From Candidatus Latescibacterota bacterium (GTDB lineage: Bacteria; Latescibacterota; UBA2968; UBA8231): 64,000 nt of DNA. Shown in pieces: positions 46,523 to 56,303 of the stretch. The notes beneath the pieces were generated by a model, which saw nothing but the letters and a program-made list of their open reading frames with translations, ran no database searches and was not told where the DNA came from. Location of the stretch: positions 4,832,001-4,896,000 of the forward strand of contig OZ241867.1 of NCBI GenBank assembly GCA_965203175.1, given 5' to 3'. How positions within the stretch are numbered: the stretch's first letter is position 1; each line of letters starts with the position of its first letter. Both the position numbers and the translations under genes were made by a program.

Positions 46523-47455
46523 TTAGCCTGCCTCGGTTTTTTCGTAAATTCTCAAAATGGCACTGCGAGCCCGAGAATTTTGCTCGACTTCGGCCTTGCT
46601 CGCCCGCTGCAATTTGTACCCCACTCGCTTGAACGACGGCTTGCGTCCGCAGGTACAGATGGGCACGCGTGGAGGACAAATGCAGCCGCGCATCAGCGCC
46701 GCGAGATGTTGCTTGACCAAGCGATCTTCCAAAGAGTGATAGGCCATGACGATCAACCGGCCACCGGGCTTCAGTTCTGTCTCCATAGCTACCAACCCCG
46801 CTTGTAACTGCCCCAACTCGTCGTTGACGGCAATGCGCAGTGCTTGGAATACGCGCGCCAGCGTCTTGTTGAGCATCCGAGGCCGCGTGGTCGCTACGGC
46901 TTCCCGCAAAGCGCGTGTAGTAACTAAGGGCGCGAGTCGCTGCTGCCGGCAGATTGCGCGCGCAATCTGCCGCGCCGCGCGATCTTCCCCGTAGCGTGCA
47001 ATCAGCTCGGCTAACTCGGCCTCGCTGCATGCTGCGATCAATTCGGCGGCTGTAAGACCTACTTCCGCATCCATCCGCATATCGAGCGGTCCGTCGACCT
47101 GATAGCTGAATCCCCGATCTGGTGCGTTGATCTGGTGCGACGAAACCCCTAAGTCGAACAGGGCTCCGCTCAACGGCCCGATCCCCTCCTGCGCCAGCAA
47201 CTCGCTCAATTCGGCAAAGCGGCCTTGTCTCACGACGACCCGCGTATCTGTATCTGCTGCCAACCTCGCTCGCGCTGCCGCTACGGCCTCCCGGTCCCGA
47301 TCTACTGCAAGTAACCTCCCCTTGGGGCCGAGAGCCTGAAGCAATGCCCAACTGTGGCCGCCACCGCCGACCGTCGCATCCACGTACGCTCCGTCCGGGT
47401 CGGCGACCAGCCCCGCGACCACTTCCTCGACCATGACCGGGATGTGGTACTCCAT
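46523..47455 (-). CDS. rsmH: 16S rRNA m4C1402 methyltransferase
   Basis: HIPVM, DAT.GGGGHS, DLGVSS, PLDMRM, FQALRIAVN, HSLEDR. Confidence 0.97.
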   Translation of the reverse strand: MEYHIPVMVEEVVAGLVADPDGAYVDATVGGGGHSWALLQALGPKGRLLAVDRDREAVAAARARLAADTDTRVVVRQGRFAELSELLAQEGIGPLSGALFDLGVSSHQINAPDRGFSYQVDGPLDMRMDAEVGLTAAELIAACSEAELAELIARYGEDRAARQIARAICRQQRLAPLVTTRALREAVATTRPRMLNKTLARVFQALRIAVNDELGQLQAGLVAMETELKPGGRLIVMAYHSLEDRLVKQHLAALMRGCICPPRVPICTCGRKPSFKRVGYKLQRASKAEVEQNSRARSAILRIYEKTEAG

Positions 47456-47467
47456 AGTTCATAAGGT

Positions 47468-47911
47468 TTAAAGGTCTATCGCAAAGTCTTCCAAGCTATC
47501 GGCAAGATCTTCCATCGGCGGAAAATCATCGCTGTTTTCTGGGCTCCAAAACTCCAATTTGTCCAACGCACCAATGATGACCATCTGGTTCGTGATGCCG
47601 GCCTTAGCCAGCAGCTTGCGTGGGATGCCGGTCCGCCCCTGTCGGTCTAGTTTCACTTCTGCCGCATGCGAAACCATGGAGCGGATGAAGGTCCGCGCCT
47701 CGCGTTTAGTCGTCGGCAAGCGCAAGAGCTGTTCGGCTTTCGCTTCCCACTCGGGCCGGGAGTAGGCCACCAAGCAGTTGTCGAACCCACGCAGTACCAC
47801 GAGCGTGTCGTCGGCTTCTGGAGGCAGCTTCTTGCGGAACTCCGCCGGCACAAAAATCCGCCCCTTGTCGTCGACGGGAACCTCGTGTCTACCTGTGAAA
47901 AACTGTGCCAT
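47468..47911 (-). CDS. mraZ: Transcriptional regulator MraZ
   Basis: VDDKGR and LDRQGR repeats; first gene of dcw. Confidence 0.95.
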   Translation of the reverse strand: MAQFFTGRHEVPVDDKGRIFVPAEFRKKLPPEADDTLVVLRGFDNCLVAYSRPEWEAKAEQLLRLPTTKREARTFIRSMVSHAAEVKLDRQGRTGIPRKLLAKAGITNQMVIIGALDKLEFWSPENSDDFPPMEDLADSLEDFAIDL

Positions 47912-47940
47912 TTGATGCTCATATCAAGTCAAAATTCCCG

Positions 47941-48004
47941 TTCCACCACTTTCCACCACTTTCCACCACATCCCAATAATACACCTATACCAACGAGACG
48001 GCAA
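47941..48004 (-). promoter_or_regulatory. dcw promoter with MraZ-binding direct repeats
   Basis: Minus strand TTGCCG-17bp-TATTAT followed by three 10-bp-periodic GTGGTGGAA repeats (47941..47969). Confidence 0.8.
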
Positions 48005-48151
48005 GCATAATTTTCCTACTATTTTTCAAATAGATACGGCCATTTCAAGCCTCTTTATACACTTATTTGTGTATATATCACACTTATTTGTGTGCTTCTC
48101 AATTACCGTCTGCTCTCTTTAATTATCACCTCTACTGTCATATTGACATAG

Positions 48152-48187
48152 AAAAAGGGTTGGCCACCGCGTGGTCCAACCCTTTTT
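48152..48187 (-). terminator. Intrinsic (bidirectional-type) terminator after trmB
   Basis: AAAAGGGTTGG.CCAC-CGC-GTGG.CCAACCCTTTTT. Confidence 0.8.
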
Positions 48188-48208
48188 GCTTTGTACTCGG
48201 CGGATAAT

Positions 48209-48811
48209 TTACGTCGGCATCTTCTCCATAACCCGGCGGTAAATCGGCTTACCCTGTGCGAGGAACTTGTCTTCGTAATTGGTCCGCACCCCCAGCCACT
48301 CAACATCCGTCTCCACTAAACACGAACTGGTTTCCAACGCGGCGAGCATGACGTCGAAATAGTCGGCGTAATCCGTGGCTAGCCACAACCGACCTCCCAC
48401 GCACAAAGTGCGCTCGACTTCGCGCAGAAATTCCTCGTTAAAGAGTCGCCGCTTGTGATGCCGCTTCTTGGGCCAAGGATCGGGAAAGTAGATGTGATAA
48501 GCCCGCACCGATGCAGCAGCCACGAAGAACTCGACGAATTCCCGCGCATCCAAGTGCGCGAACCGCACGTTGTCGAGGTTGCGGCGCGCAGCGCGCTGGC
48601 AGGCAATGCGCAAGTATTTGGCTGCCCATTCGACCCCGACAAAATTCACTGCGGGCTGGCGGCTGGCCGCGTCGATGATAAAGCGCCCCTTGCCAATACC
48701 GATTTCGATCTCCACCGGCTGGTCGTTGTCGAAAACCTCCCGCCAATCCAACATCGGATCTTGGTCTGGGTTATCTGGTAACGCCAAAAAACCGTCCCCG
48801 GTCTGCTCCAT
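48209..48811 (-). CDS. trmB: tRNA (guanine-N7)-methyltransferase
   Basis: EIGIGKG, FPDPWPKKRHHKRR, LATD, TNYE.K. Confidence 0.95.
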   Translation of the reverse strand: MEQTGDGFLALPDNPDQDPMLDWREVFDNDQPVEIEIGIGKGRFIIDAASRQPAVNFVGVEWAAKYLRIACQRAARRNLDNVRFAHLDAREFVEFFVAAASVRAYHIYFPDPWPKKRHHKRRLFNEEFLREVERTLCVGGRLWLATDYADYFDVMLAALETSSCLVETDVEWLGVRTNYEDKFLAQGKPIYRRVMEKMPT

Positions 48812-48822
48812 CAAATGCTCCC

Positions 48823-48858
48823 AAAAGAAAAGGCGCTCCCTAGGAGAGAGGGAGCGCC
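48823..48858 (-). terminator. Terminator after moeZ
   Basis: GGCGCTCCC-9nt-GGGAGCGCC then TTTTCTTTT on the minus strand. Confidence 0.75.
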
Positions 48859-48883
48859 GTACAAACAATACTGCGAATCGAGA

Positions 48884-50071
48884 TCAACCGGCGGCTTCGC
48901 TATGCGAGGGTAGGCCGCAAAACTGCTCGTAGTCAATCAACTCGGTAACGGTCGGGTTGTCGCCGCACACCGGGCACTCGCTGTCGTGCCTGAGCTTGAG
49001 TTCGCGGAATTTCATCTCCAGCGCGTCGTAGAGCATCACTCTCCCCACCAAGGAGGTACCCTGTCCCAATAGTAGCTTGACGACCTCGGTGGCCTGCATC
49101 AGCCCGATGATGCCAGGCAAGACTCCTAAGACCCCACCCTCGGCGCAACTCGGCACCTCCCCGGGTGGCGGCGGTTCGGGATAGAGGCAGCGATAGCACG
49201 GGCCGTCCCCGGGCACGTACACGGTGGCTTGGCCCTCAAAGCGAAAGATACTGCCGTCAACCACGGGCTTTTTCTGCATAACAGCCGCATCGTTGACCAA
49301 ATAGCGGGTTGGGAAGTTGTCGCAGCCATTGACCACGATGTCGTAGCCGTCCATGATCTCGAAAATATTGTGCGACGTCAGCAACTCGTAGTGCGGGTGT
49401 ATCTCGATGCCGGGGTTGATGTCGAGCAACCGGTCGCGGGCGGCCTCGACCTTGGGCCGACCGAGATCGGACTCGCCGAAAAGCACTTGCCGCTGCAAGT
49501 TGCTCTTATCGACGACATCGGCATCTACCAAGCCGATCTTGCCGACGCCGGCCGCGGCCAGATACAGGGCCGTCGGGCAACCCAATCCACCCGCCCCCAC
49601 CAGCAATACCCGGCCCTTGAGCAACTGTTGCTGGCCCTTCTCCCCTACTTCGGGCAGGATGAGATGCCGGGCGTAGCGCTGCGAGTCTTCTTCGGAGAGC
49701 AGGCCGCCCTGCTCGATTTCGTAGCCGGCGTCCTTCCAGCCTTTGATGCCACCGATCATGGACTTGGCATTGGCGTAGCCCATAAAGGTCAAATCGCGCG
49801 CTGCCAAGGCCGAGCGGTTGCCCCCGGCGCAATAGAGCACGATTTCTGCGTCGCGATCTACGGTCACGTCTTCTTCTACGTTGAGCTCTAAAAAACCGCG
49901 TGGGATCAACTCAGCCCCGGGGATATAGCCGTCCATGACCTCTTCCCGCTCGCGCACGTCTATGAGGTGAACCGGCCGGCCAGCCTGGAGGGCCGCTTGG
50001 ACCTCAATCGGAGTTACTTCGGCGATTTCGGCCTTTACGCTCTCTAGTAGTTGGTTGGATGTAACAGTCAT
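48884..50071 (-). CDS. moeB: Rhodanese + ThiF/MoeB adenylyltransferase (MoeZ-like)
   Basis: N-terminal rhodanese YCAGGNRS; RYARH, GAGGLG, SNLQRQ, DNF.TRY, CYRC...CPVC. Confidence 0.92.
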   Translation of the reverse strand: MTVTSNQLLESVKAEIAEVTPIEVQAALQAGRPVHLIDVREREEVMDGYIPGAELIPRGFLELNVEEDVTVDRDAEIVLYCAGGNRSALAARDLTFMGYANAKSMIGGIKGWKDAGYEIEQGGLLSEEDSQRYARHLILPEVGEKGQQQLLKGRVLLVGAGGLGCPTALYLAAAGVGKIGLVDADVVDKSNLQRQVLFGESDLGRPKVEAARDRLLDINPGIEIHPHYELLTSHNIFEIMDGYDIVVNGCDNFPTRYLVNDAAVMQKKPVVDGSIFRFEGQATVYVPGDGPCYRCLYPEPPPPGEVPSCAEGGVLGVLPGIIGLMQATEVVKLLLGQGTSLVGRVMLYDALEMKFRELKLRHDSECPVCGDNPTVTELIDYEQFCGLPSHSEAAG

Positions 50072-51240
50072 ATTCTCTCCTCGATTGCTAATGTACCGTC
50101 GCGCAAGCGCTCGACCTGAGCAACGGTGCGGTCAATGGCAAATTCTACTTCTGCCATAGTATTAAAACGTCCCAACCCAAAGCGCAGAGAAGCTCGCGCC
50201 AAATCGTCGCTGGAGCCGATGGCTCTGAGGACGTGTGAGGGCGCGGCAGTCCGCGATGAACAGGCCGCGCCCGAAGACAACGCGATCTCGCGCAATCCCA
50301 AGAGTAATTCGGTTCCGTCCACCCCGGGAAAACTCACGTTGAGATTGCCCGGCAGGCGCTCTTCCGCATGGCCATTGACGACTAAGGGGCCAAGCGCAGC
50401 CTCCAGCCCGGCACACAGCCGTCGCCGCATTTGAATCAATCGCGCCGCTTCCTCGGTCATCTCCTCGCGCCCCAACTGACAGGCACGCCCTAAACCGACA
50501 ATGCCCGGCACATTGAGAGTGCCGCCACGCAGGCCGCGCTCTTGCCCACCGCCCTCGACTTGGGTCTGCAAGCGCACGCGCGGCTTGCGCGAACGCACGT
50601 AGAGGAAGCCGACGCCCTTGGGAGCGTAGAGTTTGTGGCCAGAAGCCGAGAGCAGGTCGATGCCGAGCGCTTCCACATCGAGCGGTACCTTGCCGACGGC
50701 TTGGGCTGCGTCGCAGTGCCACAAGACGCCGCGCTCGCGGGCCAGCCGTCCGATCGCCGCCAGCGGCTGCAAGGCCCCAATCTCGTTGTTGGCAGCCATG
50801 AGCGAAATGAGGACCGTCCGCGGCGTGATGGCCGCCGCGAGCTGGTCGAGGTCAATCTGACCGTAGCGGTTCACAGGCAAATAAGTTATCTCCACCCCTT
50901 GCTTTTCCAAGGTGTGGCAACACTCTAAGACGGCCTTGTGCTCAGTGGCACAGGTGACGATGTGCGGTCCAGGGGGTACCCTCTGAATCGCGCCTTTGAT
51001 GGCCAAATTGTTGGCCTCTGTAGCCCCGGCCGTAAAGACGATCTCCTGAGCGCGCGCGCCGATTAACCCAGCCACTTCTTCCCGCGCCTTTTCGACCGCG
51101 TCGGCGGCGGCCAAACCAAAGGCGTGGGTCTTGCTGGACGCATTGCCGAAATGCGTGTCGAAGTACGGCAACATGTCCGCCAAGACGCGCGGGTCAACCG
51201 GCGTGGTGGCCATGTTGTCCATATAAACTGGAATTTGCAC
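50068..51240 (-). CDS. iscS: Cysteine desulfurase
   Basis: DNMATTP, GATEANN, EHKAV, NNEIG, DAAQ, SGHK.Y.PKG, SSGAAC. Confidence 0.92.
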   Translation of the reverse strand: MQIPVYMDNMATTPVDPRVLADMLPYFDTHFGNASSKTHAFGLAAADAVEKAREEVAGLIGARAQEIVFTAGATEANNLAIKGAIQRVPPGPHIVTCATEHKAVLECCHTLEKQGVEITYLPVNRYGQIDLDQLAAAITPRTVLISLMAANNEIGALQPLAAIGRLARERGVLWHCDAAQAVGKVPLDVEALGIDLLSASGHKLYAPKGVGFLYVRSRKPRVRLQTQVEGGGQERGLRGGTLNVPGIVGLGRACQLGREEMTEEAARLIQMRRRLCAGLEAALGPLVVNGHAEERLPGNLNVSFPGVDGTELLLGLREIALSSGAACSSRTAAPSHVLRAIGSSDDLARASLRFGLGRFNTMAEVEFAIDRTVAQVERLRDGTLAIEERI

Positions 51241-51250
51241 AGCCCGTCGC

Positions 51251-51574
51251 TCAGGCGCTGAAGGACTCACCGCATCCGCAGGTGGTGCGGGCGTTGGGAT
51301 TTTCGATCTTAAAACCCGCCCCCATCAATCCGTCGTGGTAGTCGAGCGTCACGCCGTTGAGATAGAGGCTGCTCTTCATGTCGATGAAGACCTTGACGCC
51401 GTCGATCTCCAAGACGTGGTCCATGTCACCGGCGCTTTCCTCGAAATCCAGCTTGTACTGGAACCCCGAACACCCTCCACCCATCACACCCATGCGCAGC
51501 CCGTGCCCCTCGTTGCCCTGTTCGCTGAGCAGGTCCTTGATCTTCTCGGCCGCGATTTCCGTTATGGTTACCAT
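51251..51574 (-). CDS. iscA: A-type Fe-S carrier (IscA/ErpA/HesB)
   Basis: GGGCSGFQY, NPNA..TCGCGESF. Confidence 0.92.
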   Translation of the reverse strand: MVTITEIAAEKIKDLLSEQGNEGHGLRMGVMGGGCSGFQYKLDFEESAGDMDHVLEIDGVKVFIDMKSSLYLNGVTLDYHDGLMGAGFKIENPNARTTCGCGESFSA

Positions 51575-51593
51575 ATTATATTCCCTCATTCCC

Positions 51594-52055
51594 TCAAGAT
51601 TCGTAAATGGCGCATTCGATGAGGTCGGGAACCTCGTCGTGCCGCCGATAGACCTCGCAGTGGTGGCAATCCCGTTCGATGACCTTGACCTTACAACAAA
51701 AACAACCACTGAGAATTTCAATGGCTCGCCGGTTTCGCTCCTTCATCAGCGAATACTGGCGAATGCGCTCGTCGATCCGGCGCTCTTGCTCGGTTAGGTG
51801 CTCGACGAGCACGCGCGCCAAGCTGCCCCCCGATCCGTTACCGCGTTTCAGGTTGAAGAACGCGCTGATGTGCTCTAGCCCGAACCCCAAATCCTTGAGG
51901 CTTTGGACGATTTGCAAGCGGCGCAATTGCGCTTCTGAATACAGGCGAAACCCGCCTGCAGTGCGCTCCTCTGGCTCGACGATTCCCAATTCTTCATAAT
52001 AGCGAATCGTGCGCGGCGTGACCCCGGCCTTGGCGGCCAAATCCCCTATTTGCAT
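51594..52055 (-). CDS. MerR family regulator with Cys-rich C-terminus
   Basis: IGDLA...GVT.RTIRYYE..G, R..GGFRLY; C-terminus CFCC...CHHC...C. Confidence 0.9.
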   Translation of the reverse strand: MQIGDLAAKAGVTPRTIRYYEELGIVEPEERTAGGFRLYSEAQLRRLQIVQSLKDLGFGLEHISAFFNLKRGNGSGGSLARVLVEHLTEQERRIDERIRQYSLMKERNRRAIEILSGCFCCKVKVIERDCHHCEVYRRHDEVPDLIECAIYES

Positions 52056-52096
52056 GGAGGCATCCTTCGCTGCGAAGTTCTGGCAAGCAATGTAGC

Positions 52097-52125
52097 AATG
52101 TACTTGACGTGAACGTAAGTGTCAA
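52097..52125 (-). promoter_or_regulatory. Promoter with MerR-type palindromic operator
   Basis: Minus strand TTGACA-17bp-TACATT; TTGAC-N12-GTCAA palindrome with internal ACGT-N2-ACGT. Confidence 0.7.
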
Positions 52126-52285
52126 CGAATCGACAACAGACCTTATTTCTCTGATATTTTAAACCAACATCTCCGAAAGAGCGAGTATCCCAAGTCTCCT
52201 AGGCAACTTTAACCGTTCCCTAGCGTCTGAGTGGACATTGACTCTACTGCACAAAGAGTGAGTATCCCTGAGGAGATAACGCACA

Positions 52286-52855
52286 ATGGTCGCTCGCATT
52301 GCATTCTGCCTAGTCTGGCTAGCCACTCCACTTGCGGCTACTACAGTCCAGCGTTTCGATTTGGCGGCTCTGACCGCTAATGCCGAACGCATTGTCGTCG
52401 GAGTCTGTAGCCAAGCCCAGTCCCAATGGGTGCGCGGACAGATCTATACCCGCTATGTGTTCTCCGTTTCCCAAGCCATTAAAGGACCAGCGATTTCGCA
52501 ACTGGAATTGCACCTGCCCGGCGGCTATCTACAAGGCACTGTTACCCGTATCATTGGCATGCCCATCTTTGCCCCCGGTGACGAGGCCGTGCTCTTTCTC
52601 ACCGCGGCGAACGCATTGGGACATGCCTGGCCGGTCGGACTGGCCCAAGGACACTTCGCCATCAAGCGCAGCACCGCCAACAAACCACGCGTCTTCCAAG
52701 AGCTAGACGGCCTCACGCTGCACCCCGAGCCGCAAAGTGCGCCCAAAAAGACGCCGCCCGACGAACCGGTCCAAGGCATGCCGCTCGACCATTTTTTGGC
52801 GCGGGTGCGAGCCTTAACCGAAGACCAAAGCCCGGAGACGCGCGATGCGCATTAG
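52286..52855 (+). CDS. Secreted hypothetical protein, coupled to the metalloprotease
   Basis: Signal peptide; PGG...G.P.F.PG.E..LFL motif; RBS GAGGAG; overlaps the next gene. Confidence 0.75.
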   Translation: MVARIAFCLVWLATPLAATTVQRFDLAALTANAERIVVGVCSQAQSQWVRGQIYTRYVFSVSQAIKGPAISQLELHLPGGYLQGTVTRIIGMPIFAPGDEAVLFLTAANALGHAWPVGLAQGHFAIKRSTANKPRVFQELDGLTLHPEPQSAPKKTPPDEPVQGMPLDHFLARVRALTEDQSPETRDAH

Positions 52856-55364
52856 CGGCCTGCTACTTGGCGGCCTGCTCGTCGCCATCCCCAGCCACGG
52901 CTTTCTCATTCAGACCGTTGAATCCCGATTTGGGCACCAAGTCCAGCAGACCTGGCGCCACCCCGGTCACATTCCCTTCGTGCTCCACGCCGCCGGTTCC
53001 GACGACCTATCCCCCACGCTGACCCATGCGTTGATCCGCGAAAGCTTTCAGGTCTGGAGTGACGTACCTACGGCGCGAGTGGACTTTGTCGATCAGGACA
53101 CAACCCGCAGCGTCCCAAGGCAAAGAGATGGGCGCAACCTGATCTACTTCGACGAGACAGGACGCTACCTAGACGCCCCACCCGAAACCGGCGTCATCGC
53201 CATAACCCGCATCCGGTCTCATTTCGAGACCGGCCATATCACGGACGCGGACATCATCTTTAACGGGCGCGACTTCCGCTTTTCCGCTAGCGACGACGAC
53301 GGAGACCGCTTGATAAATCTCAAAGACGTAGCCATCCACGAAATCGGTCACCTGCTCGGGCTTGAACACACCCCCCTCGACGGCCCTCCACACATCCGCC
53401 CGACCATGAACCCCTTCAACCACGGCGACGACTCCGGCGATGCGCAAAGCCTCGAACCCGACGACATCGCCGGTGTCAGCTTCCTCTATCCAGCCGTTGG
53501 CTACCAAGACAGCGTCGGCAGCATCGCTGGCCAAGTCCGCGACTTCGACCAACAGCCACTCTTCGGCACGCATATCAAGGCAGAAAACCTCGACACCGGT
53601 GAGCTGTTCAGCACTGTCTCGGGTGCCGACCCAAGTGCCGCCACGGCCGGGCACTACCGGCTGCACGGCTTGACGCCGGGCCGCTACCGCCTGAGCCTCG
53701 CGCCCATTGCAGGAGCGATTAACGAAGAAAACTTCGGCGGTGTTTTCACTGATTTTGTCACTGGATTCCCCGCAGAGTTCTACGACAACGCCCGCGACGA
53801 CGCCTACGCCCGCGTTCTCGATTTGGCCGCTGCCCAGCACATCGACGATGTCGATTTCATCAGCGATTTTGCCGTGCCCGGCTACCCCTTCGTCCTTCCC
53901 ATAGCGCTGATCACCAACACTCCCGATACCCAAGGCCCTTATACAGTGCGCATCAAAGCCCGCGATGCCGCCAGTTTATGGCTCCTCTATCAGATTGACG
54001 AAGGGAGCATACAGCACCTGCAGATGCTGCAACAAGATAGCCTCTTCGTCGCTCAAATTCCCGGACAGCATGTCGGCACGCGTATCGCCTATCAGATCGA
54101 GGCCCACGGCGACGACGGCAAGATCTCGTACTTTCCCTACGCGGACGCTTGGCTCGATTTCACGGTCGTCGAACTGACTGGGGGCCCGCTGGCCTTTACC
54201 GCCTTGCGCGGCGACGATGCCATCGGTGTCGTCGATACGGACACCCATCGCGAGCTAGCGCGCATTCCAGTCGGCGACGAGCCGATCCAAGTACTGCTAG
54301 CCGGCGATCAACTCTTCGTGTCCAACCTCTCGTCGAACGACCTCCGCATCATCGACACCGCGACCTTCCAGGTCCAAGCGCATATCGAGACTGCGGTCCA
54401 GCCCCTCGACTTAGCCCTCTCACCCGACGGCAAAACGCTCTACGCGACCAACTCGGGCACGAATGCGCTGACTATTGTCGATGTTGAGTCGGGTCAAGCG
54501 CGCACCGTTGAGATCGCCGATGCGAGTGAAGGACTATACGGCATTGCCGCCACCGCCGACAAGATATTCACCACCGATATCGCTGGTAGCCAAGTCCTCG
54601 CCCTCTCGCTGCAAGGCCGCATAACCGGCCGCATACCAGTGCCACCGAAACCACGCTCGCTCGCTCTTGCACCCGACGGCAAGACGCTGTACGTAACTAG
54701 TATGGACACGGGCCGCTTGACCGCCATCGACGCCGACGGCGCAACCATCTCGCGCTCCATCGACTTAGGAGTCAGCGGCACCTTTGCCATCGCGCCCAGC
54801 CCCGACGGTCGCAAGCTCTATTTGACCGCGTATAGCGAAGGCTCCCTCCTAGTCGTCGATGCGGCCAGCGGAACACTGCGCAAAAAGCTCGCCATCGGCC
54901 GCAACCCACGGGCCATTGCTTTCTCGCCCGACGGCACGCAGGTGTACGTCACCAGTTCCTTCTCCAATGAGATCCACATCGTCGATGCCGTGCGCGACAC
55001 CGTTGTCGGCCACTACGCAACCGGTCAGAATCCACGCGGCATTGCACTGGCGCAGCCAGTTTGGCCCGTGGCCATAGCCCAACCGACTCGCTTCGCCTTT
55101 GCGCCGACGTTCCCCAACCCCTTCAACGGCTCGACGCAAATCACCTATACACTCGCTACCGACATCTTGGTAGAACTGCGCGTGTACAACGCCCTCGGCC
55201 AAACTGTGCGCACCCTTTTGCACCAGTATCGGGAAGCGGGGACGCATCAGATTCATTGGGATGGAAAGGATGATCAAGGACGAGCGCTGGCCAGCGGCAC
55301 CTACTTGCTCATCATGCGCGCGGGCCCGGTCCGCCAAGCAACGAAGATGCTACTCCTGCGCTGA
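52845..55364 (+). CDS. Matrixin (M10)-type metalloprotease with YVTN beta-propeller and FlgD/T9SS-type C-terminal domain
   Basis: HEIGHLLGLEH + Met-turn (TMNP); repeated SPDG..LYV(T/N); FPNPFN...YNALGQ.V..L...WDGKD. Confidence 0.87.
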   Translation: MRISGLLLGGLLVAIPSHGFLIQTVESRFGHQVQQTWRHPGHIPFVLHAAGSDDLSPTLTHALIRESFQVWSDVPTARVDFVDQDTTRSVPRQRDGRNLIYFDETGRYLDAPPETGVIAITRIRSHFETGHITDADIIFNGRDFRFSASDDDGDRLINLKDVAIHEIGHLLGLEHTPLDGPPHIRPTMNPFNHGDDSGDAQSLEPDDIAGVSFLYPAVGYQDSVGSIAGQVRDFDQQPLFGTHIKAENLDTGELFSTVSGADPSAATAGHYRLHGLTPGRYRLSLAPIAGAINEENFGGVFTDFVTGFPAEFYDNARDDAYARVLDLAAAQHIDDVDFISDFAVPGYPFVLPIALITNTPDTQGPYTVRIKARDAASLWLLYQIDEGSIQHLQMLQQDSLFVAQIPGQHVGTRIAYQIEAHGDDGKISYFPYADAWLDFTVVELTGGPLAFTALRGDDAIGVVDTDTHRELARIPVGDEPIQVLLAGDQLFVSNLSSNDLRIIDTATFQVQAHIETAVQPLDLALSPDGKTLYATNSGTNALTIVDVESGQARTVEIADASEGLYGIAATADKIFTTDIAGSQVLALSLQGRITGRIPVPPKPRSLALAPDGKTLYVTSMDTGRLTAIDADGATISRSIDLGVSGTFAIAPSPDGRKLYLTAYSEGSLLVVDAASGTLRKKLAIGRNPRAIAFSPDGTQVYVTSSFSNEIHIVDAVRDTVVGHYATGQNPRGIALAQPVWPVAIAQPTRFAFAPTFPNPFNGSTQITYTLATDILVELRVYNALGQTVRTLLHQYREAGTHQIHWDGKDDQGRALASGTYLLIMRAGPVRQATKMLLLR

Positions 55365-56303
55365 TTCTACTGGCTCGATAAACCCATCGACGCTAAAATA
55401 GCGAAATCCAGTATCGCAGAGCATGGTCACCAGCCGGGCTTCTGGGCCTAGGGCACTGGCCACCTGCAAGCTAGCCGCCACATTGGCCCCGGACGACGGC
55501 CCCAACAGCAATCCTTCCTCGCGGGCCAAGCGGCGGGTGTAGTAAAAGGCCTCGTCGTCGTCTATCTGCACGATCTGGTCAATCAGCTCCCGGTCGAGGA
55601 CTTCAGGGACAAAACCCGCGCCAATCCCCTGAATGCCGTGCAAATCGGCCGCGCCCCCTGAAAGTACGGGCGAGCGCTTAGGCTCGACCGCTACTAGGCG
55701 CACTTCCGGCACGGCCTGCTTGAGCACCTCCCCAACGCCAGTTATGGTGCCACCAGTCCCCACCCCGGCGACAAAGGCGTCTAACTCACCTCCGGTGGCC
55801 GCGAGAATCTCCTCGGCCGTGGCCCGGCGATGGGCCTCCGGGTTGGCCGGGTTAGAAAATTGCTGGGGAATAAACACGCCCTCGAGATCGGAGGCCTTGA
55901 GTTCTTCAGCCTTGCGTATGGCCCCCGGCATGTCTTCGGCTGCGGGCGTCAACGCGATCTCCGCGCCGTAACTGGCCATGACCTGCCGCCGCTCCAAGCT
56001 CATGCTCTCGGGCATGGTTAGCACTAGTCGGTAGCCCAGGACGGCCGCGACGAGAGCCAGCGCGATCCCGGTATTGCCGCTGGTAGGCTCGACGATGGTC
56101 ATGCCCTTTTTGAGCTGGCCGGCTGCCTCGGCGGCGCGGATCATGCTGACGCCGATGCGGTCTTTGACGCTGCCGGTTGGGTTGCATGCTTCGAGTTTGC
56201 CGTAGAGTCGGCTGCCGTTGGCGGGCGCGACGCGGTAGAGGTGCACGAGGGGCGTGTCCCCCACTAACTGCAACAAGTCGTCTGCGATCTTGCGCTTGCT
56301 CAT
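55350..56303 (-). CDS. cysK: Cysteine synthase A
   Basis: [43 protein letters not shown]. Confidence 0.95.
   Translation of the reverse strand: MSKRKIADDLLQLVGDTPLVHLYRVAPANGSRLYGKLEACNPTGSVKDRIGVSMIRAAEAAGQLKKGMTIVEPTSGNTGIALALVAAVLGYRLVLTMPESMSLERRQVMASYGAEIALTPAAEDMPGAIRKAEELKASDLEGVFIPQQFSNPANPEAHRRATAEEILAATGGELDAFVAGVGTGGTITGVGEVLKQAVPEVRLVAVEPKRSPVLSGGAADLHGIQGIGAGFVPEVLDRELIDQIVQIDDDEAFYYTRRLAREEGLLLGPSSGANVAASLQVASALGPEARLVTMLCDTGFRYFSVDGFIEPVESAQE

Noticed and set aside
46518-47462. 314-aa alternative-frame ORF over rsmH
   Set aside because: Arg/Gly-rich off-frame shadow of a well-conserved gene.
47941-47975. TTCCACCACT tandem repeat as a CRISPR or VNTR
   Set aside because: 10-bp period with no spacers, directly upstream of mraZ; explained as MraZ boxes.
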